Below the pieces are notes generated by a model, which worked only from the letters and a program-made list of their open reading frames with translations, made no database searches and had not been told where the DNA came from. 64,000 bases of DNA from an uncultured Verrucomicrobiae bacterium (GTDB taxonomy: Bacteria; Verrucomicrobiota; Verrucomicrobiia; Chthoniobacterales; JACTMZ01): positions 2,390 to 66,389 of the forward strand of contig CAVZLI010000001.1 in NCBI GenBank assembly GCA_963776165.1, given 5' to 3'. The translations under genes were made by a program, and so were the position numbers. This document shows, piece after piece, positions 38,152 to 48,393 of the stretch (its first letter is position 1; each line of letters starts with the position of its first letter).

Positions 38152-38782
38152 AGGCGTCCGGGTTGCAGATCAAATTGGCGTCGCATAGAAGAGGCGGCGA
38201 AATGGGAGCCTTGGCTGAGCAGGGAGGAAGCGCGGCGCGCGGAGGGCATGGCGAATCCGGTGTTGCGGGCGAGATTTGTCGTCTCGCGCGGTTTGCGGCG
38301 CAAAGTGTTTGCGGAAATTGCTGGGCGGCGAGGCTGAAGATCTGGTGATCGTGGAGGATCCGGACAGCAAGCCGCGTTTGCAGGATGGTCACGGGTGGGA
38401 TTTCAATCTTTCGCACGCCGGCGACTATGTGGTCTTGGTTGTCGGACGGGGGGAGGTCGGGGTGGACTTGGAAAAGATCCGGCCGGTGCGGGAGAGATCG
38501 GCTCTGGTGGAGCGTTATTTTCATGCGGATGAGGCGAGAGTTTGGCGGGCTTTGCCCGAAGTGCGACAGGAGTTGGCTTTTTTCATCCTCTGGTCGGCCC
38601 GCGAGGCGGCCATGAAGTGCCTCGGGCTGGGGCTGGCGGCCGGCTTGGGCAAGACGCGTGTTGATCCGGCGATTCTGGAAACGGGCCAGGCAGCAGCCGA
38701 AGTCGGTGGCCGGGGCGTGACGCTGCGGCAGGTCGAGGCCCCGCGGGGTTACGTGCTGGTCACGGCGGAATCCGTGTCTTAA
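38148..38782 (+). pseudogene. Sfp-type 4'-phosphopantetheinyl transferase with two single-nt frame changes (~38175, ~38330)
   Basis: The GTG at 38148 overlaps the epimerase stop (GTGA). Joining three frames gives MKASGLQIK|WRRIEEAAKWEPWLSREEARRAEGMANPVLRARFVVSRGLRRKVFAEIAGRR|AEDLVIVEDPDSKPRL..FNLSHAGD..GVDLE..WSAREAAMK, a complete PPTase. Confidence 0.8.
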
Positions 38783-38794
38783 TTTTTCCCCGTT

Positions 38795-39397
38795 ATGGAA
38801 ATTCTCTCCGGATTCTTCGTCATCGTGCTCATCGCTTTGGCGGTGCTGGCGATGTTCGTTATCGGCGGTTACAACGGCCTGGTCACGCTGCGCAATCGCT
38901 TCAAAAACGCCTTCGCGCAGATCGAAGTGCAACTCAAGCGGCGCTACGACCTCATTCCCAATCTGGTCGAGACGGCCAAGGGCTACCTCAAGCACGAGCG
39001 CGAGACGCTCGAGGCGGTCATTACGGCGCGCAATGCCGCGGCTTCGGCCACCACCAAAGCGGCGGCGCATCCGGAAGACGGCAGCGCGATCAAGGGGCTG
39101 GCCGGGGCAGAAGGTGCGCTGAGCGGGGCCTTGGGACGCCTTTTTGCCCTCGCTGAAGCCTACCCTGACCTGAAGGCCAACCAAAACATGATGCAGCTGA
39201 CCGAGGAGCTGACTTCGACGGAAAACAAAATCGCTTTCGCCCGGCAGGCCTACAACGACGCGGTCATGGCTTACAATACGAAGCGCGAGACCTTCCCCAC
39301 GGTGATCATCGCGGGCATCTTCAACTTCCTGCCGGCCGAACTGTTCGCCGTGGAGGAACCGGGTCAGCGCGAACCGGTCAAGGTGAGCTTCAGCTGA
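38795..39397 (+). CDS. lemA: LemA family protein
   Basis: An N-terminal TM helix followed by YNGLVTLRNRFKNAFAQIEVQLKRRYDLIPNLVETAKGY, the LemA signature. Confidence 0.9.
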   Translation: MEILSGFFVIVLIALAVLAMFVIGGYNGLVTLRNRFKNAFAQIEVQLKRRYDLIPNLVETAKGYLKHERETLEAVITARNAAASATTKAAAHPEDGSAIKGLAGAEGALSGALGRLFALAEAYPDLKANQNMMQLTEELTSTENKIAFARQAYNDAVMAYNTKRETFPTVIIAGIFNFLPAELFAVEEPGQREPVKVSFS

Positions 39398-39419
39398 CGC
39401 CGCGGGGCGTTTTCCGGCG

Positions 39420-41279
39420 ATGGATTTTTTCGCCGCGCAGGACGAGGCGCGTCGGCGCACGCGGCAGCTGATCTGGCTGTTCATGGCCGCGGTGGCGGCG
39501 CTGATCGGGTCGATCTACCTCGCGCTCATGGCGCTCTTCGCCGGCGGCGACTACGGTTGGTGGAACGGACAAGTTTTCGCGTGGGTGGCCGGCTCGGTGA
39601 TCGTCGTGGTGGGCTTGGCCTCGCTGGGAAAGATCGCGGGTTTGCGGGCCGGCGGCAGTGCGGTGGCGGAGAGCGTGGGCGGACGCCGCCTCGACCCGCG
39701 CACGGCCGACCCGCAGGAGCGGCGGTTGCTCAATGTCGTGGAGGAAATGGCCATCGCCTCCGGGGTGCCGGTGCCGGCCGTTTATGTCCTGCCGGAGGAG
39801 AATACGATCAATGCTTTCGCCGCCGGCTTCACGCCCGACGATGCCGCGCTGGGTTTCACCGCGGGAGCGCTGCGCGACCTGAACCGCGACCAACTGCAGG
39901 GTGTGGTGGCGCACGAATTCTCGCACGTCCTGAACGGCGACATGCGGCTGAACATCCATCTCATCGGCGTCCTTTTCGGCATCCTGGTGCTAAGTGTTCT
40001 CGGTCAGGGCTTGCTGCGCGCTTCCTTCGCCGGCTCGCGGCGCCGGGACGGCAAGGAGGGGGCTTCCATTGCGCTGGTCTTCGCGGCCGTCGGTCTGGTT
40101 CTCATGTTGGCCGGAACCATCGGGGTGTTCTTCGGGCGTTTGATCCAAAGCGCGGTCTCTCGTCAGCGCGAATTCCTCGCCGATGCCGCCGCGGTGCAGT
40201 TCACGCGTAATCCGGACGGCTTGGCCGGCGCGCTGCGCAAGATCGGCGGCGCGGGGTCGCGCGTCGCTCATCCGCATAGTCAGGATGTGGCCCATCTTTT
40301 CTTCGCCAACGGCCTGCGGCTCTCTTTCGGCGGTTGGTTTGCCACCCATCCGCCGCTTGAGGATCGGATCCGGGCGCTTGACCCGGGGTGGGACGGATCC
40401 TTCGCCAAGCGGCGAGCCGCTGAGCCGCCCAAGGAAGAGGTCGCGGAAGCCGGTCCGGCGGCAATGCCGCGTGCGGCGGGGGTGAGTCTTCTTGCCGGCG
40501 TGCTGGGTGCGGAGGCCTTGGCCAAGGCCGAGAGGGTGCGTGATGATTTGGAGCAGCGCTGCGGGGCGGCCTTGCACGACCCGCTCGAGGCACGGGCTTT
40601 GGTCTTTGCGTTGCTCCTGGCCGACTCTTTACCCGAGGCCCATCCGGTGCAGTTGGACTATCTGCGCGGCAGCGCAGGAGAGGAACTCGAGGAGGTGGTG
40701 GCACGCCGCATGCGGGAATTGGAAACTTTGCCGGAAGAGGAACGCCTGCCGCTCATCGATCTGGTTTTGCCCACCCTCGGTTTGCTCGACACACGCCAGC
40801 GCTCCAACTTCCTCCAGCGCGTGCGGCGGTTGGTCTTGGCTGACGGACAAATCACTTGGTTTGCTTTTGTCACCGGATGGATGATCCGGCGCCACTTGGA
40901 ACCGCCGGAGCAGTTGCACCCGATCGACGATCCGCAGCGTCTGGCCGGGGCGGTGTCCGTTTTGCTCGCCTTCCTCGCTTCCATCGATTCGCCGGGCGAG
41001 GGGGCCGGGGACGCTTTTCAGCGGGCTGCTTCCACCCCGGGGGCTTTTGCCGGATTGCTGACCTTTCCCGAGGCACCCATGCCCGACTATTTGCGACTGG
41101 AGGAGGCCCTGCGATTGCTCGGCGCGGCCACCTTTGTGCGGCGCAAGGAAGTGCTCGAGGCGGCGGCCCGGGTGGTCATGGACGATGACACGGTGTCTCC
41201 GGCGGAAAACGAGTTGCTGCGCCTGACGGCGGCGGCTTTGGACTGTCCTTCGCCCTTGGCGGCCACAGGATTTGCTTGA
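39420..41279 (+). CDS. M48-family (HtpX-like) zinc metallopeptidase with long C-terminal TerB-like extension
   Basis: HEFSHVLNGD (HExxH), TM segments and REFLADAAAVQFTRNP. The C-terminal ~300 aa include ..VLADGQITW.. and ..VMDDDTVSPAENELLRLTAAAL (TerB-like). Confidence 0.85.
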   Translation: MDFFAAQDEARRRTRQLIWLFMAAVAALIGSIYLALMALFAGGDYGWWNGQVFAWVAGSVIVVVGLASLGKIAGLRAGGSAVAESVGGRRLDPRTADPQERRLLNVVEEMAIASGVPVPAVYVLPEENTINAFAAGFTPDDAALGFTAGALRDLNRDQLQGVVAHEFSHVLNGDMRLNIHLIGVLFGILVLSVLGQGLLRASFAGSRRRDGKEGASIALVFAAVGLVLMLAGTIGVFFGRLIQSAVSRQREFLADAAAVQFTRNPDGLAGALRKIGGAGSRVAHPHSQDVAHLFFANGLRLSFGGWFATHPPLEDRIRALDPGWDGSFAKRRAAEPPKEEVAEAGPAAMPRAAGVSLLAGVLGAEALAKAERVRDDLEQRCGAALHDPLEARALVFALLLADSLPEAHPVQLDYLRGSAGEELEEVVARRMRELETLPEEERLPLIDLVLPTLGLLDTRQRSNFLQRVRRLVLADGQITWFAFVTGWMIRRHLEPPEQLHPIDDPQRLAGAVSVLLAFLASIDSPGEGAGDAFQRAASTPGAFAGLLTFPEAPMPDYLRLEEALRLLGAATFVRRKEVLEAAARVVMDDDTVSPAENELLRLTAAALDCPSPLAATGFA

Positions 41280-41326
41280 TCCGCGGCCCGTCAGGGCCAC
41301 CTTAAGTCCTGACCCCGTTACCGTCC

Positions 41327-42622
41327 TTGAATCCACGTTTGGCAATCATTCTTCTTCTCGCTGTGGCCGGCGGCCTGCTGCTCGTGCTGGTGGCTTATCT
41401 GACGGAACCCTACCCGGCGGACGCCGGTGAAAGGGCGGAGTTGGCCAAGGCGCCGCGCGAGGAATCCCCGGCGGGCGGGGCCGCGAGTTTCGTCGATGGA
41501 GGAACCACCGTGGCGTCGGAGGGCGGTCCGGCGGCGGCGCAACCGGCGACCTCCCTGCGGATCGCGGGCGGCGGCAACTTTCTGGCCGGCTTGGCTTCCG
41601 TCGAGGGTGGGGCGGAGCGCGATGCCTACCTTGATGGCATCATCGGACGCCTGGCCGCGCTCGGGCCGGAAGCAGCTTTGGCCCAAGTGCAGCAGTTGGA
41701 AGATGCCGAATTGCGCGACATGGCCATGTTGGCCTTGCTGCAGGAATGGTCCGGGGTCAGCACGCTCGAACTGATCCGCAGCGGCGACATCTGGCGATTC
41801 GGCGCCAGCGGGGCACTCGGACTTTATCTTCTCGAAGAGGGAAGCATCACGGCCGACCAAGCGGCGCAAATGGCGAGGGCCAGCACGGATGCCAACCGCC
41901 GCTCGGAATTGCTCGCGCGGGTGGGCGCGCGTTTGGCGGTGGACAACCCGGCCGCAGCCATGGCCTTGGCCGACGGATTGGATGACCGGCAAAGCCGTCG
42001 CTTTGCCGAACGCCTCGCGGCGAGGTTGGCGGAGCAATCGCCGGAATCCGCCCGGCAATTCGCGGCGCAACTGAACGACCCCGGTCTGCGCTCGGCCATG
42101 CTGGGACGTATTTTGGAGACGGAGGCAACCCAAGATCCGGCGGCCGCCGCCCGGGGGTTTCTGGCCATGCCGCCCGAAGAAACCCGGGCGCGGGAGCGTG
42201 CGGCACGGCGGATCGCTTCCGAGTGGGCCTCGCGCGACACGTTGGCCGCCATGCAATGGGCTGATTCGGTGGGTGACGAAAGCGCCCGCGAGGCGGCCCG
42301 GCAGGGGATCGGGGCCGTCGCTCCCGTGGGCATCGGGGCGCGCTTGACGCCCGGAGATGGCGGGTTGCCGGTCTTGGAGGATCTGGTGCCGGGAGGACCG
42401 GCCAGTGCCAGCGGTCAGTTGCAGGCAGGCGACCGGATCGTCGCGGTGGGCGATGCGAACGGGCGCTGGGTCGATGCGCGCAATGTGCGATTGGGCGACG
42501 TGGTCGGCCTGATCCGCGGCGAGCCAAACACCCAGGTCTCGCTGCAAATCCAGTCGCCGGGCGATGCCGCGCCCCGGGCCGTGACACTCGGTCGCCAGCA
42601 GATCATCCACAGCCCGCAGTGA
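41327..42622 (+). CDS. Membrane-anchored helical-repeat protein with C-terminal PDZ domain
   Basis: N-terminal TM helix, an Ala/Leu/Arg-rich repeat region, and a PDZ pattern LEDLVPGGPASASGQLQAGDRIVAVGD..VGLIRGEPNTQVSLQI. Confidence 0.7.
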   Translation: MNPRLAIILLLAVAGGLLLVLVAYLTEPYPADAGERAELAKAPREESPAGGAASFVDGGTTVASEGGPAAAQPATSLRIAGGGNFLAGLASVEGGAERDAYLDGIIGRLAALGPEAALAQVQQLEDAELRDMAMLALLQEWSGVSTLELIRSGDIWRFGASGALGLYLLEEGSITADQAAQMARASTDANRRSELLARVGARLAVDNPAAAMALADGLDDRQSRRFAERLAARLAEQSPESARQFAAQLNDPGLRSAMLGRILETEATQDPAAAARGFLAMPPEETRARERAARRIASEWASRDTLAAMQWADSVGDESAREAARQGIGAVAPVGIGARLTPGDGGLPVLEDLVPGGPASASGQLQAGDRIVAVGDANGRWVDARNVRLGDVVGLIRGEPNTQVSLQIQSPGDAAPRAVTLGRQQIIHSPQ

Positions 42623-42717
42623 TTCCGGGCGCAACGCGTTGCGGGGAGCACCTCTTCACCAAGCTGGTGGGCGTGACGGATCGTCCGAGTCAGTGGCGCG
42701 GAAGCGGGTCAAGGATT

Positions 42718-43590
42718 TCACCATGATGACGCATTGACCGGGCGGCGTCCGAACCGGGCGATCATGAACGCGCCGCTGAGAAACATGAAGAGGCAGTAGA
42801 CGACGGAGGGCATGGCGATGCGGGCGCTTTCGAGCAGGCCGAGGGTGATGCCGAGGGCGAGGGTGCCGTTCTGGATGCCGGTTTCGATGGACAGGGTGAT
42901 CCGTTGGTCGCGCGGCAGCCCGAAAAGCCATCCGGCCAGGAAGCCGAACAGCATCATAACGATGTTCAGGCTGATCGCCGCGGGTCCGGCCACGACGAAT
43001 TGGTGGGCCAAGTCTTTTTCCCGGGCCACGGCGGCGGCGATGATGAGGGCGAGGAAAACGAGTGAAAAAACGGCGGCGGGGCGCTCGAGGCGGTCGGCCA
43101 TAGCCGGTCGCAGGCGGCGCACGGTCATGCCGCAGAGGATGGGGAGGATGGTCACGAGAGTAAGCTGCCCGAGGGTCTTCCAGAAAGGCAGGGCCACTTC
43201 GGCGCCGGCGCCGAGGAACCAGTCCATCGACCAGCGGACAATCCAAGGGATGGTGAAGACACAGACTACGCTGGAGACCGCGGTGAGGCTGACAGAAAGG
43301 GCGGTATCGCCGCGGGAAAGGTGGGTGATGACATTGGACGTCGCGCCGCCGGGGCAGGCGGCGAGGACCATGAGCCCGACGGCCAGTTCACCGGGCAACC
43401 GGAAGAGGAGAGCGAGAGCAAAGGCCACGGAGGGTAGCAGGAGAAGCTGGCAGGTGAGGCCGATGATTTTGGCTTTGGGCTGGAGAACGACGCGACGGAA
43501 GTCCGCGGGCACAAGGCTGAGGCCCATGCCGAAGAGAACGGCGAAGAGGGCGACGGGCAGGGCGAGTTGCTTGAGGAGTTCGCCGGACAT
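42718..43590 (-). CDS. Bile acid:sodium symporter (BASS) family transporter
   Basis: LFGMGLSL..F, ACPGGATSNVITHLSRGD and about 9 TM segments. Confidence 0.85.
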   Translation of the reverse strand: MSGELLKQLALPVALFAVLFGMGLSLVPADFRRVVLQPKAKIIGLTCQLLLLPSVAFALALLFRLPGELAVGLMVLAACPGGATSNVITHLSRGDTALSVSLTAVSSVVCVFTIPWIVRWSMDWFLGAGAEVALPFWKTLGQLTLVTILPILCGMTVRRLRPAMADRLERPAAVFSLVFLALIIAAAVAREKDLAHQFVVAGPAAISLNIVMMLFGFLAGWLFGLPRDQRITLSIETGIQNGTLALGITLGLLESARIAMPSVVYCLFMFLSGAFMIARFGRRPVNASSW

Positions 43591-43635
43591 ACGGCGAAGT
43601 TGCCCGATCGCGGGCGGGGCGTCGATGACGCAGGC

Positions 43636-43890
43636 TCAGCAGTCCGCACTCTCGCAGGCGGCGTCGACGCGGTCGGCGGCGGCCTCGAGTTGCAACTTCA
43701 GATCATGCAGGGCGGTCCAAGACTCGGCGATGTCCGGTCCCCACTCGCCCTCGAGGCCTTCGAGTTTGGCGTTGGGCGAGGGATGGCAGGCGAGGTTTTC
43801 CTCGATGAGGCACGCGATGGTGCGCAAGGCGGGGCCGTGGTAGGGGAGGTGCAATTGGAGCCGGTGCGCAAGAGCGGTTTGCTTCGCCAT
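43636..43890 (-). CDS. Hypothetical Cys-containing small protein
   Basis: The 84-aa ORF starts at the ATG at complement 43890 (MAKQTALAHRLQLHLPYHGP..). It has protein-like composition and sits between two same-strand genes. I recognise no family. Confidence 0.4.
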   Translation of the reverse strand: MAKQTALAHRLQLHLPYHGPALRTIACLIEENLACHPSPNAKLEGLEGEWGPDIAESWTALHDLKLQLEAAADRVDAACESADC

Positions 43891-43935
43891 GGGGCAAAAC
43901 ATTTCACCGATCCGGCCGGTGTGCAAGAGGCAGGA

Positions 43936-44598
43936 TCAGGTTTTTTTCGGACCCGACAAACCCTTCAACATATCGATGGTGACGGCACGCAGATCGGGTG
44001 CGGCCGCGGTGGCCCCGCGGAGAGCCTCGAGGGGTTCGGTGGTGGCCACGGCGAGCACCGGCATGTTGGCGCGGAGGGCGGCTTCGATCCCGACAAGCGC
44101 ATCTTCGATGACCACACACCCGGCGGGCGCGACGCCGAGGCGCTCGGCGGCCAGAAGAAAAATGGACGGGTCGGGCTTGCCGTGGACAACCTCTTCGCCG
44201 GAGACAATGACATCGAAGCACGACCGCAGGTCCATCATGTCGAGCAGGCAATCGAGGTTGGCGCGTTCAGTCGACGAGCCGATGGCGCAGGGCACATTGG
44301 CGGCGCGGAGTCCGGCCAGCAATTCGCGCACGCCGGGAAGGGGTTCGATGCCTTTCTCTCGAACCAGCGAGCGGTAGATTTCCTCTTTCTCGTGCGCGAG
44401 TGCGTCGACCTCCGTTGGATCCGTCGCCCAGCCGAGGTCGGGAATGATCACGTTGTTCTTTTTGCCGAAGCCGCGTTTGAAGTGATCGGACGCCAGGGGG
44501 AGTCCGCGCCGCGCGGCGAGGATTTCCCAGCTGCGCTCGTGGTGGGCCGAGGAATCGACGACGACGCCGTCCCAATCGAAGATGACCGCGCGGAGCAT
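43936..44598 (-). CDS. HAD-superfamily hydrolase (beta-phosphoglucomutase-like)
   Basis: [16 protein letters not shown] (DxDG motif I), IGSST, GKPDP and VVIEDALVGIEAA. The ATG overlaps the ilvD stop (TGATG). Confidence 0.85.
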   Translation of the reverse strand: MLRAVIFDWDGVVVDSSAHHERSWEILAARRGLPLASDHFKRGFGKKNNVIIPDLGWATDPTEVDALAHEKEEIYRSLVREKGIEPLPGVRELLAGLRAANVPCAIGSSTERANLDCLLDMMDLRSCFDVIVSGEEVVHGKPDPSIFLLAAERLGVAPAGCVVIEDALVGIEAALRANMPVLAVATTEPLEALRGATAAAPDLRAVTIDMLKGLSGPKKT

Positions 44599-46307
44599 CA
44601 GAGACCTGCGTCGGTCACTGCGCCGGTCGAGGCGCTGGTCGCAAGAGCGCCGAATTTGGCCAGCACGCCGCGGCGGTAGCGCGGGGCGGGCTTTTTCCAT
44701 TTGGCTTTGCGGCGTTTCATTTCCGCGGCGGGCACGTCGAGGGTCAGGCAGTGCTTGACCGCGTCGATCTCGACCGCGTCGCCGTTCTTGACCAGGGCCA
44801 GCGGGCCGCCATCGAAGGCCTCGGGTGTGATGTGTCCGACCACGAAACCGTGCGTGCCGCCGGAGAAACGTCCGTCGGTGATCAGCGCGACCTCCTTGCC
44901 GAGGCCTTTGCCCATGACGGCCGAGGTGGGTCCGAGCATTTCACGCATGCCGGGTCCGCCGCGCGGTCCCTCGTAGCGAATAACGATAACGTCGCCCTTT
45001 TTGACGCCGCCTTTGAGGATCGAAGCGAGGGCGGCTTCCTCCGAATCGAAAACGCGGGCTTTGCCGCGGAATTTTTCGCCTTCTTTGCCGGTGATTTTGG
45101 CCACGGCGCCGCCCGGGGCGAGGTTGCCGTGGAGGATGACCAGGTGGCTGTCCTTTTTGATCGGGTTGTCGAGCGGGCGGATGATCTGCTGGCTCTTTGG
45201 GTAGGGTTTGAAGCGGGCGAGATTTTGTTTGAGCGTTTTGCCGGTGACGGTCAGGCAGTCGCCGTGGAGGAGGCCGGCGGAGAGCAGTTCCTTCATCAGG
45301 GGCACGATGCCGCCGATGGCGACGAGTTCGGACATGAGGTATCGGCCGCTCGGCTTGAGGTCGGCAAGAACGGGAACGCGGCGTCCGATCTTGGTGAAGT
45401 CGTCGATGTCGAGTTTGACGTTGGCCGCGTGGGCCATGGCCAGCAGGTGGAGGACGGCGTTGGTCGATCCGCCCAGGGCGATGATGACGGTGATGGCGTT
45501 TTCGAAGGATTCGCGCGTGATGATATCCGAGGGGAGGATGCCGCGCTTGAGCAGGTTGACCACGGCGGCGCCGGCATCCCGCGCGTCGGCTTTTTTGTGC
45601 GCGGAGATGGCGGCTTGCGCCGAGCTGTTGGGCAGGCTCATGCCCATCGCTTCGATGGCCGAGGCCATGGTGTTGGCGGTATACATGCCGCCGCAGGAAC
45701 CGGCGCCGGGAATGGCGCAGGATTCGATTTTTTGCAGCTCTTTGTTGTCGATTTTCTTCGCGGCGTGTTGCCCGACGGCTTCGAAGACCGAGACGATGTC
45801 GAGGTTGCGTCCGTTGTGGCACCCCGGAAGGATGGTGCCGCCGTAGACAAAGACCGCGGGACGGTTGAGGCGCGAGATGGCGATCATGCATCCCGGCATG
45901 TTTTTGTCACACCCGCCGATGGCGACGAAGCCGTCGAAACCTTCGCAGCCGACGACGGTTTCGATCGATTCGGCGATGACTTCGCGCGAGACGAGGGAGT
46001 ATTTCATGCCCTCCGTGCCCATGGAGATGCCGTCCGAGATGGTGATGGTGTTGAAGATGACGGCCTTGCCGCCGGCTGCGTTGGCGCCGCCGGCCGCTTC
46101 GCGGGCCAGCCCATCGATGTGCATGTTGCACGGGGTGACCATGCTCCAGGTCGAGGCGATGCCGACCTGCGGCTTGGCGAAGTCTTTTTCCCGATAGCCG
46201 ACGGCGTAAAGCATCGCGCGGCTGGGGGCGCGCTCCGGTCCGTCGAGGACAGGGGAGGAGTAACGGCGAAGTTGGGAAGCGGCGGACCGGGTTTTTTTCT
46301 TGCTCAC
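44598..46307 (-). CDS. ilvD: Dihydroxy-acid dehydratase
   Basis: Full-length IlvD/Edd: [34 protein letters not shown]. Confidence 0.95.
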   Translation of the reverse strand: MSKKKTRSAASQLRRYSSPVLDGPERAPSRAMLYAVGYREKDFAKPQVGIASTWSMVTPCNMHIDGLAREAAGGANAAGGKAVIFNTITISDGISMGTEGMKYSLVSREVIAESIETVVGCEGFDGFVAIGGCDKNMPGCMIAISRLNRPAVFVYGGTILPGCHNGRNLDIVSVFEAVGQHAAKKIDNKELQKIESCAIPGAGSCGGMYTANTMASAIEAMGMSLPNSSAQAAISAHKKADARDAGAAVVNLLKRGILPSDIITRESFENAITVIIALGGSTNAVLHLLAMAHAANVKLDIDDFTKIGRRVPVLADLKPSGRYLMSELVAIGGIVPLMKELLSAGLLHGDCLTVTGKTLKQNLARFKPYPKSQQIIRPLDNPIKKDSHLVILHGNLAPGGAVAKITGKEGEKFRGKARVFDSEEAALASILKGGVKKGDVIVIRYEGPRGGPGMREMLGPTSAVMGKGLGKEVALITDGRFSGGTHGFVVGHITPEAFDGGPLALVKNGDAVEIDAVKHCLTLDVPAAEMKRRKAKWKKPAPRYRRGVLAKFGALATSASTGAVTDAGL

Positions 46308-46355
46308 GCGGCGGACAGTAGCGGTCCGGCAGCCGGGCGTTAAGCCGAAAGCGCG

Positions 46356-48314
46356 TCAAGGCGCGCCGGGGCTGGAGCGGAGGTCTGCGATTTCCTGCTG
46401 CAATTCTTTGCGTTGCTCCGTAGAGAGACCGGGCGCGTCGGCCGCCTTCTCGAGCGCACGCAGGGCGGGACGCGCCAAGCCTTGGCGGGCGTAACTCTGG
46501 CCGAGGTAGAGTTGATAAAATGCCGCATCGGCGCCGCGGGCTTCCGTCAAAGCGATGAGTTGCTCGAGGATGGCCGATTCGCTCTGGAAGGCGCGGGCGG
46601 CGTTGGCGCAGCGCGCGGCCAACCAGAGGGTGCCCGCATCGCCCGGGGCGAGTTCCGCGGCTCGTCGTCCAGCCGCGTAAGCTTCGTCGCCGAGTCCCGC
46701 ATGGAGCAGGGCCTCGGCACGGACCTGCCAAGCTTGCGCGGATTGCGGTTCGAGCGTGACGGCGCGTTCGCTTTCGAGGAGGGCTTCGCGCGGTCGGCCG
46801 AGGGAAACCAGCACGCGTGCCCGCGAGGCGGCGACTTGCGAGGAGCGGTCGGCGCGGCGGACGGCGACGGTGGAAAGTTCGCCGGCCTCCGGTGCGGCTT
46901 GGGCTGTGAGGCAGGCCAGCGCGGTGGCGGCGAGAAATCCCGAGCGGTTGGCGGCACCGGTCATGCTGCGGGCCAGATCCTTGGCCGGTTCCGTGGCGAA
47001 CTCCTCTTCGCGCGGTTCGCGGATGAAAAGCACCCCCAAGGCATCGGCTGCGGCGAGGCGCCAATCGGGTGATTCGCCGAGGTGGCGGGCGAGGGGAGCG
47101 TAATCCGATTTGTCGCCGAGCAACCAGACCGCACGGTAACGGACACGCCGGTCCTGCGCGCGCCAGAGGGAGTGTTCCCGTCCGAGGTTGGGCGCCTCGG
47201 ATTCCGTGCTGCGGGGCGGCAGCGGGCCGCTGAAACGCGCCGGGGCCAAGCCCGCGGGGTTGAGGTAGACGGGGCCTTCGACCGGCAGGGCCTCGCGCGT
47301 CAAGGTGGGTCGCACCATGGCATCGGTCATGGCCAGATTATACCAACGAGGCAGCCCCGCGATGGCAGCGGCGGTGACGATGGCAGCAGCGGCGGCCAAA
47401 GCGGTGGCCTGCATCCACCAGCGGATGCGGAAACCGAACCGCTGGATGTGTTCGCGCACGACCGGCCAGCAGGGGATCATCCACAGCGCACCGGCCCACC
47501 AATAAGCACTTTGCCCCGCGGCCGTGCAGAAAAAGAGAAACCCGGGCGCCGCGACCCGGCTCCACACGCCGTCTTTGTGCGAGGCCCGGGCAGCGAGCCC
47601 GAGGATGACGAGAGTCACGAGCAAAGCAACGAGCGCCGGCAGGTCGAGCGGCGGTTGCGGTGACCAGCGGATGAAGGTCCATGCTTCTCTCCAGACGGAA
47701 AGACCGCGCGGGGTCAGATTGACTGCAGCGAGACACAGCATGGCCATGCCCCAACGGGCGCGGACAGACCACGTAGCAGTGAGCCCGAGGACTGCAGCGC
47801 CGACGACCGGCAGGGCCCCGGGAGAAAACCAGACGGCAAGCCACGCGGCCACCGGCAGGGTGAAGGTAGTGGCGGCGCTTCTGCGGCGAGCGGAGACCCA
47901 ATGCCATGCCGAAAGGACGAGGATAGCGAGGCCGAAGCCGGAGAGCCCGGCGGCCGGAGAGGAGAGCAAGATGGCGGCCAGAGCGGGCACCAAGGGAGCC
48001 AGCCCGCGCCACGCTCGTCCCGGAAGTGCGGCGAGCCAACACAGGACGGCGAGCCACGCCACAATAATGTGGGCGTTTTGCCAGCCCCGCGGTCCCGCCA
48101 CAGCGTAGGGCACTTCGGCCAAGGCGGCGAGGGGTGCGTCCGGTGTCCACGGCGCGAACTGCGTCAGCCGCCAAGCGCCCACCAGATCTGCGGTGGACGG
48201 TCCGATCCAATCCGGTCCGCGCACAGCAATGAGTGCGGCGAGAGTGGCGAGTGCGGACACCCCCAAAGCCAGCGCGAGGCGCCATGCGCTGCGTTTTTTA
48301 TCGGTGTCCGGCAT
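46356..48314 (-). CDS. Polytopic membrane protein with C-terminal TPR repeats
   Basis: About 10 hydrophobic helices in the first ~430 aa, then TPR-like repeats (..AQAWQVRAEALLHAGLGDEAYAAGRRAAELAPGD..YLGQSYARQGLARPALRALEKA..). Confidence 0.75.
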   Translation of the reverse strand: MPDTDKKRSAWRLALALGVSALATLAALIAVRGPDWIGPSTADLVGAWRLTQFAPWTPDAPLAALAEVPYAVAGPRGWQNAHIIVAWLAVLCWLAALPGRAWRGLAPLVPALAAILLSSPAAGLSGFGLAILVLSAWHWVSARRRSAATTFTLPVAAWLAVWFSPGALPVVGAAVLGLTATWSVRARWGMAMLCLAAVNLTPRGLSVWREAWTFIRWSPQPPLDLPALVALLVTLVILGLAARASHKDGVWSRVAAPGFLFFCTAAGQSAYWWAGALWMIPCWPVVREHIQRFGFRIRWWMQATALAAAAAIVTAAAIAGLPRWYNLAMTDAMVRPTLTREALPVEGPVYLNPAGLAPARFSGPLPPRSTESEAPNLGREHSLWRAQDRRVRYRAVWLLGDKSDYAPLARHLGESPDWRLAAADALGVLFIREPREEEFATEPAKDLARSMTGAANRSGFLAATALACLTAQAAPEAGELSTVAVRRADRSSQVAASRARVLVSLGRPREALLESERAVTLEPQSAQAWQVRAEALLHAGLGDEAYAAGRRAAELAPGDAGTLWLAARCANAARAFQSESAILEQLIALTEARGADAAFYQLYLGQSYARQGLARPALRALEKAADAPGLSTEQRKELQQEIADLRSSPGAP

Positions 48315-48393
48315 GAGTGGTGATGATTCGGAGGCGGCGCGCGGTTGGCAAGTGCCGCTTGCGCGGGAGCGTATTCACGCTTATTCCTCGCCC

